DNA from: Octopus sinensis
Taxonomy: Eukaryota
Direction of reading: 5' to 3'
Length of the DNA stretch: 5,116 bases
NCBI RefSeq assembly: GCF_006345805.1
Contig: NW_021830128.1
Location: forward strand, 1-5,116
Part shown: piece after piece, positions 1 through 5,116 of the stretch
How the letters are laid out: every line of letters starts with the position of its first letter
How positions within the stretch are numbered: position 1 is the stretch's first letter
Program-made: the position numbers and the translations under genes
The notes under the pieces: generated by a model
Databases searched by the model: none
Told to the model about the DNA's origin: nothing
The model's input: only the letters and a program-made list of their open reading frames with translations

Positions 1-128
1 ATGACGGGCAGGGAAGATTTCGAATTTATTTTTCGGCAATGAGTTTTCCAGCTGAGTCGCACACATGGAAGTTGCTTTGATGATGGCAGATTTAAAAATA
101 AAATGAACGGTGCAGATTTATTCGACTG

Positions 129-201
129 TGCTACAAGAAAATGCGTTACACCTTATCGGTGCTTCTTACACCGATAACGTGAAACGAATTTTGTTGTAGC
201 A
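129..201. other. Long imperfect inverted repeat (73-nt hairpin); pre-miRNA-like or tiny palindromic MITE relic
   Basis: Arms 129-161 and 169-201 pair at 29/33 positions with four symmetric 1x1 mismatches (137/193, 143/187, 148/182, 152/178); 7-nt loop CTTCTTA at 162-168. Confidence refers to the hairpin, not to a function. Confidence 0.85.
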
Positions 202-504
202 AAATTAAGCAAAATTTACAGAAAACTCACATTCTGGTGTGTATGTCAAATGCTTTTCTTAGTCTGGTTTACAGCACACGCAAACGCACACACACAGTGT
301 GCAACGAATAAAGTGAAACTAGATGTAATATTTGTTTCTCTCTATCACGCTGATAGATACATGAGTAAAATGTATGGCAAGCTAACAGATGAAGAGTGAG
401 TGAAAATGTTCTTGGAAGAGAGTAAATAGCGACCTGTGATTTGAGGAAGACTAACTGAAAGTATGAAACAGTGTTTATGTATAAACAGACGACACTTATA
501 TAAA

Positions 505-828
505 CCCTTTCGTTACCAACCGCCCGAATTTACCTATTCATATTTAAATGAGAATATCAGAGTACATCTCTTTAGTACATTCGTGAAAACACGTATTATA
601 CTTCGTAAACACTTCAAATACAGTTTTGTACAAAAATCGAAGTGTAATTTTAATTCCGTGAATTATGGAGATTTTTTTCCGAAATTTGTTCCTATTGTGT
701 TTTCAAAATTTGTAATTCTGACCAAAAATGGATGCGAATTTCATTATATCAAGCAGCGAGTCAGAATTCGAAGGATTTTCTACTGAAGACCTTCATAAAT
801 CTAACTCTATGACTGAAAAAAAAAAGCA
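505..828 (+). mobile_element. Probable left end of a piggyBac-like DNA transposon or derivative
   Basis: TAAA (TTAA-like) at 501-504 is followed by CCCTTTCGTTACC. piggyBac ends begin CCC after a TTAA target. A short ATG-initiated acidic/Ser-rich frame follows at 728. No matching right end was seen in the window, and the right boundary is set only by the Helitron insertion. Confidence 0.5.
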
Positions 829-829
829 T
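728..829 (+). pseudogene. Possible N-terminal stub of a transposase (MDANFIISSSESEFEGFSTEDLHKSNSMTEKKKH), cut by the Helitron
   Basis: ATG in CAAAAATGG context. The SSSESEFEGFSTEDL peptide resembles the acidic low-complexity ends of DDE transposases. It lies ~220 bp inside the piggyBac-like end. No catalytic domain is present. Confidence 0.35.
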
Positions 830-1216
830 CTTTATATAAGAGTGAGTTGTGTGTCTGTCTCCTACGATTTAGATTCGTAACTACTCCCACTTTTGCGGTG
901 CAGTTTAACCAAAACGGGTATCTTATAGTCGTGATCATATCGAGCCCTTCTGGGTATTAGCGCGCTTCTACGATGAGTCTACGATTTTAAAAAAATTTAC
1001 CATCATATTTTTCCATTTTAATGCATTTTTTTCGCTTTTATATAAGGGGAGTAACCTCTCTAAAATATCTACGATGTGTCAAGGATTTAACAAAAAAATT
1101 TACCTTAATTTTTTTTCATTTTTAATGCATTTTTTGCTATTTTTTGGCTATAACTCTCTAAATGCTTATATATTTATTTCCCTTACAACCTGAGCAACGC
1201 CGGGCGATACTGCTAG
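829..1216 (+). mobile_element. Complete non-autonomous Helitron (388 bp)
   Basis: 5' TC at 829-830 preceded by A828; 3' CTAG at 1213-1216 followed by T1217; GC-rich subterminal hairpin CCTGAGCAACGCCGGG at 1189-1204 ending 8 nt before CTAG; no TSD. These are the canonical Helitron termini. Confidence 0.85.
967..1162 (+). repeat. Two diverged tandem copies of a ~100-bp unit inside the Helitron
   Basis: Units start TCTACGATG at 967 and 1068 (period 101). Both contain AAAAAATTTACC, CATTTT(T)AATGCATTTTTT and CTCTCTAAA. Confidence 0.85.
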
Positions 1217-1296
1217 TGATATTATAAGTTCAGTAAAAATTTAGATTCAGTTGAATATGGTACTTAAGTAAAAGGCACCAGAATTTGGTATGGTAT

Positions 1297-1413
1297 TATC
1301 CATATAAATCAAAATGGGGTGATTATAATCAAAATAAGCAACAAGGATATCCAAAGGTATCTTTGGATTTCCTTGTTGCTTATTTTGATTATAATCACAC
1401 CATTTTGATTTAT

Positions 1414-1420
<7 letters not shown>
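1297..1420. repeat. Near-perfect 124-bp palindrome (foldback / MITE-like)
   Basis: Arms 1297-1356 and 1361-1420 pair at 57/60 positions (mismatches 1302/1415, 1318/1399, 1348/1369); 4-nt spacer GTAT; TA at both outer ends. Confidence 0.9.
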
Positions 1421-1450
<30 letters not shown>

Positions 1451-1474
1451 TACATACATGTATATACATATATA
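1419..1474. repeat. (TA)n / TACA compound microsatellite, probably the SINE's internal microsatellite
   Basis: (TA)13 at 1419-1444, then TACA/TATA variants up to the SINE body at 1475. Confidence 0.95.
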
Positions 1475-1657
1475 GGACGGTCTTCTTACAGTTTCCGTCT
1501 ACCAAATCCACTCACAAGGCTCTGGTCGGCCCGAGGTTGTAGTAGAAGACACTTGCCCAAGGTGCCACGCAGTGAGACTGAACCCGGAACCATGTGGTTC
1601 GGAAGCAAGCTACCTAGCCACTCGTACTTAACTATATTTAACTACACAGCCACTCCC
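1475..1657 (-). mobile_element. 5' half of a tRNA-derived CORE-type SINE (resembles octopus OR-type SINEs)
   Basis: The minus strand reads GGGAGTGGCTGTGTAG (head), GGGTTCAGTCTC (B-box-like, 1585-1574), then GCGTGGCACCTTGGGCAAGT, similar to the CORE/MIR motif TGTGACCTTGGGCAAGT. It ends in a microsatellite and the 3' half is absent. The family name is from memory. Confidence 0.8.
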
Positions 1658-1671
1658 ACTTAACTATATTT
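1616..1671 (+). repeat. 24-bp direct repeat, period 32, spanning the SINE 5' junction
   Basis: AGCCACTCGTACTTAACTATATTT (1616-1639) vs AGCCACTCCCACTTAACTATATTT (1648-1671): 22/24 identical. Confidence 0.9.
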
Positions 1672-1990
1672 TCAAAGCCATCTTCTCCGTCCACGATTCA
1701 TGACTATCGTGAGGTTTACATCCCTTGGCAACTTCTCCATACAGTCCTGAGGCGATAATCCTCACGATTCCATATGAGTCCATGTGTGACAAACTGACTG
1801 TTCGGATTTTATCCAAACATATTGTTCTTGGTATTCTCCCAGGTTTTCTGACGGTTGAATTGGCTTGAAGAACCTCCCTTGCGATTTTTTACTTTCGGCA
1901 TTTTAATCACACGTCTAAAGCATCGGTGCTTTCACCTCACAATGCGTTGCGGTAAGGATTCGATCTGGAGAAATTCCCTGATCTGTTATT
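1664..1990 (-). mobile_element. Decayed 3' fragment of an RTE-clade LINE ORF (post-RT C-terminus)
   Basis: Minus-strand translation from 1982 gives IREFLQIESLPQRIVR*KHRCFRRVIKMPKV, then a frameshift at the T-run 1885-1890, then KIAREVLQANSTVRKPGRIPRTICLDKIRTVSLSH...ESWTEKMALKI*. This fits the RTE C-terminal pattern (R..L..R..LRW.GHV.RM...R....L....G.R..GRP..RW.D.I) with a stop at 1932-1934. Recognised by eye. Confidence 0.65.
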
Positions 1991-2034
1991 GAATACCAGT
2001 AGGATGAAAAGTTGGTCAATATCACAAGATTTAA

Positions 2035-2217
2035 GGAGGCGAGCTGGCATTTCGTCCGTCTCATTACATTCTGAGTTCAAATTCTACCGATAACAATTTG
2101 CTTTCAATCATTTCAGGGTCGATCAAATAAATATCATTTGAGCACTGGAGTCGATATAATCAACTTACGACCTCCCTACAATTTACATACTTTGTGCCAA
2201 AATTTCAAATCGATACT
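2035..2217 (+). mobile_element. tRNA-derived SINE family 2, copy 1 (internally deleted head)
   Basis: Head GGAGGCGAGCTGGCA, B box GAGTTCAAATTC (2073-2084), then CAGGGTCGATCAAATAA and CTGGAGTCGATATAATCAACTTA, tail TTGTGCCAAAATTTCAAATCGATA. Collinear with copies 2 and 3 but lacks 36 nt after 2049. Confidence 0.85.
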
Positions 2218-2231
2218 ACAAGTGTGGTTAA

Positions 2232-2363
2232 GGCCATGCGCACACAGAATCGATAGAGCACCAGACAAAATATCTTGTGTCATTTCGCTTGTCTTTACTT
2301 TCCGAGTTCAAATTCCGCCGAATTCTATTTGCTTCCTCTCTTGTTTTCGGAGACGATAAAATA
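2232..2363 (+). mobile_element. SINE family 2, copy 2, left part (diverged, interrupted by copy 3)
   Basis: CAGAATCGATAG (A-box region), GAGTTCAAATTCCGCCGA (2304-2321) and TTTCGGAGACGATAAAATA align with copies 1 and 3. Confidence 0.75.
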
Positions 2364-2590
2364 CTTATTTCTTTACTACCCACAAGGGGCTAAACATAGA
2401 GGGGACAAACAAGGACAGACAAACGGATTAAGTCGATTATATCGACCCCATTGTGTAACTGGTACTTATTTAATCGACCCTGAAAGGATGAAAGGCAAAG
2501 TCGACCTCGGCGGAATTTGAACTCAGAACGTAGCGGCAGATGAAATACAGCTAAGCATTTCGCCCGAAGTGCTAACGTTTCTGCCAGCTC
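2361..2590 (-). mobile_element. SINE family 2, copy 3 (near full length, antisense, different 3' tail)
   Basis: The minus strand reads GAGCTGGCAGAAACGTTAGC (A box) ... GAGTTCAAATTCCGCCGAGGTCGACTTTGCCTTTCATCCTTTCAGGGTCGATTAAATAAGTACCAG ... tail GTGGGTAGTAAAGAAATAAGTATT. Confidence 0.9.
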
Positions 2591-2660
2591 TGGGGTCGTT
2601 GTTACCGACTTATGTCCTGCACCAAAATTACTGGAATTGTGCCGAAATTTGAAATCGATA
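2590..2660 (+). mobile_element. SINE family 2, copy 2, right part
   Basis: CTGGGGTCGTTGTTACCGACTTA...TTGTGCCGAAATTTGAAATCGATA aligns with copy 1 at 2145-2214. Confidence 0.75.
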
Positions 2661-2963
2661 ATACTAGATTCAAACGTAGAACATAAAAAGTCAGCAGTAA
2701 TGAGATAAGACATTTTCACTAAATTCTAAAGGATTTGAAGGTAAAACATTGTTCTTAATAAATATGATTTTATTGTTACCATTTTCTACAGAACTTTCAA
2801 TGTGAGAAATGATTTTTTCTTCTAAGAGGTCAGCCAAGTCAACGGTACTTTTATAATGTGAAAAATATAAAGTGAAATTATAAATATTGGAAGTGTTAAT
2901 AACTATGAATCATTTATTGACTGAAGAAGTGAGTGCTTATTAATTTTCTCTAGTTTAAGGTAG

Positions 2964-3406
2964 ATGCATACATACATACATACATGCATGAATACATATA
3001 TATATATATGTGAATGTATATGTATATATATGTGTGTATGTGTGTATATGTGTGTATATGTATATATATATATATGTGTGTGTGTGTGTGAATTTATACT
3101 TATTTACACACACACATATATATACACACATATACATACGCGTTCATACGTATAGCGTTCATACGTATAAATATATATAAACACGGAACATATACATATG
3201 CTAACATACACATATATACATACGTACACACACACACACACGCACATGTATATATATATACATATATACGTATGTATATATATATACACACACATATATA
3301 TATATATGTATATATATATATACATATATAATGTATATATATATAATGTGTATATATATATATATGTATATATATACATATTTGCGTGTAAGTGTGTCTA
3401 TGTATT

Positions 3407-3437
<31 letters not shown>

Positions 3438-3566
3438 ATAGAAAGAGAGAGAGAAAGAGATAGATATATGTATTCATACATGCGTACATTCACTTACAGA
3501 CACATGCACACGCACACACATACACATGCACACACATACAGAGATATATACGTACACATACATATG
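2964..3566. repeat. Large compound TA/CA/TG/GA microsatellite field
   Basis: ~600 bp of interleaved (TA)n, (CA)n, (TG)n and CATA, plus a short GA tract near 3441-3463. Confidence 0.95.
3140..3169 (+). repeat. Exact tandem duplication of a 15-mer
   Basis: GCGTTCATACGTATA at 3140-3154 and again at 3155-3169. Confidence 0.95.
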
Positions 3567-3922
3567 CCTGTAAAACTTCTGATTATAAAATCTTTATATT
3601 TATGCTTCACTTATGAAATAAACGAGTCCGGTAAGTATTTAATAATTTTCTATACTGTGAATTATTAATATTTATAGTCTAAAATTTATAAAGAACATTA
3701 ATAATTTATTTTCATTCTTTGTTTTCTTCATTTTCGATACATGATGTTTGAGCAAGACAAAATAATTTCTTTCTTGACATCTTAAATGTAGTCCATTACA
3801 AGAGAGAGAACCTGTGAACAAACCACGGGGAAAGCGAGGAGAAACAGACGTAGCACTTGATCGGTACTTTCTTTATTGATCTCAAAATGCAATGAGAATA
3901 TACGATTATATATATATATATA

Positions 3923-4148
3923 ATTCAATATGTGACTGCGTGTGTATCGTTGGCAATTTTCTTTCTCCGTCTTCCCTTCTTTGGATCTTTCCTTTTTCTA
4001 TGTTTCAGAAGAAGAGCTCAGCTCGAAACCTTAAGTCCTCCTTCTTTCTTTCCTTCCTTTCTTTCCTTCCTGAGCGTCCAATAACACTATACTTGTTCCA
4101 CGTCCTCACGTAGTTGCGTTTCTATTTGTGATTTCATGTTTGGATAAC
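3923..4148 (+). mobile_element. (TA)n-flanked cassette A with pyrimidine tracts and a degenerate hammerhead; possible Penelope/retrozyme-related element
   Basis: Complex sequence bounded by (TA)8 at 3907-3922 and TA repeats from 4149; contains a hammerhead-like core at 4001-4036. Confidence 0.45.
4001..4036 (+). ncRNA. Degenerate minimal type I hammerhead ribozyme relic
   Basis: TGTTT-CAGAAGA-A-GAGC/TCA/GCTC-GAAA-CCT-T-AAGT. The 4-bp stem II and GAAA are intact. The core has U4 to A, and the stem III palindrome ACGT reads ACCT. Confidence 0.45.
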
Positions 4149-4218
4149 TATAATATATATATGTTTATTATATATATTATTATATATATATATATATATA
4201 TATATAGATATATATATA
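4149..4218. repeat. Degenerate (TA)n microsatellite
   Basis: TA repeats with a few interruptions. Confidence 0.95.
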
Positions 4219-4380
4219 CCGGAGTAAACACATAAATGTGAAAGAAGGTGGAGAAAAGAGTACTCAAATACCAGTGGTAGAGTAATATGCTTATTGCAGA
4301 CAGCAAAAACTGTCTGATGAACGGCAACGAGAAACTCAGAGTAACAGATTTGGTTGAATTTTCTGCTGCTTAAAATAAAG
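4219..4380 (+). mobile_element. (TA)n-flanked 162-bp cassette B carrying a hammerhead ribozyme; possible Penelope pLTR or retrozyme monomer
   Basis: Sharp switch from (TA)n to CCGGAGTAAAC at 4219 and back to (TA)n at 4381; hammerhead at 4296-4366; no ORF. Confidence 0.6.
4296..4366 (+). ncRNA. Minimal type I hammerhead ribozyme with near-palindromic stem III
   Basis: Stem I CTGT (4310-4313) / ACAG (4344-4347), extendable to 4296-4313 / 4344-4366; core CTGATGA (4314-4320); stem II ACG-GCAA-CGA; GAAA (4331-4334); stem III ACTC-A-GAGT; cleavage triplet GUA, cut after 4343. Confidence 0.75.
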
Positions 4381-4437
4381 TATATATATATATATATATA
4401 TATATATGATATAATATATATCTATATATATCCAATA

Positions 4438-4510
<73 letters not shown>

Positions 4511-4553
4511 TATATATAATATATATATATATCTATATATGTATGTATGTATA
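4381..4553. repeat. Long (TA)n microsatellite
   Basis: Includes a perfect (TA)30 run at 4449-4508. Confidence 0.97.
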
Positions 4554-4555
4554 TT

Positions 4556-4772
4556 CTTTACATGTTTCACAAATTTCGCCTGCGGCCCGCCATGCTGAGA
4601 CACACCGCCTTTTGTCGAAAAATCGACCCCAGGACTTATGCTTTATAATCCTAGTATTTATGCTATCGGGCTGTTTTCCTGACGGTCGACTAAGAGCTAA
4701 AGTACAGGGAGGTAAACATTCCGCGATCGGTTGGTTAAGCGAGGACAAACACTGACACACAAATACATACGT
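4556..4772 (-). mobile_element. Diverged SINE fragment, probably the 3' half of the CORE-type family seen at 1475-1657
   Basis: CCATGCTG..CACCGCCTTTTGTCGAAAAATCGACCCCAGGACTTAT...GGACAAACACTGACACACAAATACATAC matches my recollection of the post-microsatellite half of that family. It shares motifs with family 2 inside this window. Confidence 0.55.
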
Positions 4773-4951
4773 ATCTATAATAATAAATAGCAGTGTGTCA
4801 GTGTGTCAATCTTTGACCCCGTTCTCTCACTATTCAATGACACTTCGACTATTCTTCCTGATGAGGCAGAGAGACAGCGAGGGTGGTAGTAGTTTCGCGG
4901 TTGTGATTGTAATGGGATGAGAGTAACAGTATGAGATGTAGTTGTGATAGA

Positions 4952-5026
4952 GGCGGAGGTGACGGTGATGATAGTGGTGGTGATGGTGGTGGTGGTGGTA
5001 GCCGAGGCGGTCGGGGATGACGGGGA
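4952..5026 (+). repeat. Degenerate GGT/GAT trinucleotide repeat
   Basis: (GGT)5 at 4985-4999 within a GGN/GAT-rich tract. Confidence 0.85.
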
Positions 5027-5027
5027 T

Positions 5028-5092
5028 AACTTGTACTTATTTTATCGATCCACGAAATGATGAAAGGCAAAGTCAACCTCGGTGGAAATTTG
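5028..5092 (-). mobile_element. SINE family 2 internal fragment
   Basis: AACTTGTACTTATTTTATCGATCCACGAAATGATGAAAGGCAAAGTCAACCTCGGTGGAAATTTG aligns with copy 3 at 2457-2519. Confidence 0.8.
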
Positions 5093-5116
5093 CCTGTGCG
5101 TGTGTTTGTGTGTATC

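Noticed and set aside
341-357. TCTATCA-CGC-TGATAGA hairpin resembling a tet operator
   Set aside because: Only 7 bp, expected by chance, and there is no bacterial context.
463-786. 107-aa ORF
   Set aside because: F/K/I/Y-rich composition typical of AT-rich noise, no recognisable domain, and it overlaps a probable transposon end.
1247-1542. Overlapping antiparallel ORFs with similar peptides (YPYKSKW.DYNQNKQQG)
   Set aside because: An artefact of translating both arms of the palindrome plus a microsatellite.
2138-2719. Three short ORFs
   Set aside because: They lie almost entirely within SINE copies.
2781-2850. Acceptor-like TTTTCTACAG with downstream GT sites
   Set aside because: All three frames stop by about 2825, so a coding exon of 37 or 53 nt is unlikely; no other support.
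3626-3636. Consensus splice donor CG|GTAAGT
   Set aside because: No credible upstream acceptor or exon; a 6-mer is common by chance.
2955-3668. YI/HT/CV-rich ORFs
   Set aside because: Translations of dinucleotide microsatellites.
3852-3895. Faint similarity to the SINE motif CTGGTACTTATTTTATCGACCCC
   Set aside because: Too short and diverged to call by eye.
1475-4772. Idea that the SINE 5' half (1475-1657) and 3' half (4556-4772) are one split element
   Set aside because: Wrong order for a minus-strand element (the 3' half should be on the left), and the 3' half looks more decayed; better read as independent truncations.
4858-4900. CTGATGAG hammerhead-like core
   Set aside because: No stem II, GAAA or stem III downstream.
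4370-5076. Remaining short ORFs, including the poly-Pro ORF at 4849-5076, and a possible G-quadruplex
   Set aside because: These derive from (TA)n, a SINE fragment and GGT repeats; the G tracts are mostly GG, so only a weak two-tier G4 is possible.
1-5116. Prokaryotic systems (CRISPR array, operon, rRNA/tRNA genes)
   Set aside because: No repeat-spacer periodicity or gene density; tRNA-like boxes occur only as SINE heads.

Overview
AT-rich, repeat-dense eukaryotic non-coding DNA with no credible intact gene. All ORF-track entries are microsatellite translations, repeat read-through or AT-rich noise. The repeat families resemble those I recall from octopus/cephalopod genomes (recollection, not a database result). 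From left to right: a 73-nt hairpin (129-201); a piggyBac-like left end with a possible transposase start, interrupted by a complete 388-bp non-autonomous Helitron (829-1216); a 124-bp near-perfect palindrome (1297-1420); the 5' half of a CORE-type SINE; a decayed RTE-type LINE 3' fragment; three copies of a second tRNA-derived SINE, one nested antisense inside another; a 600-bp compound microsatellite; two short cassettes sitting inside (TA)n tracts; and further SINE fragments. The most interesting signal is in the (TA)n-flanked cassettes. One carries a near-intact minimal type I hammerhead ribozyme (4296-4366) and the other a degenerate one (4001-4036), the architecture known from Penelope-like elements and non-LTR retrozymes.
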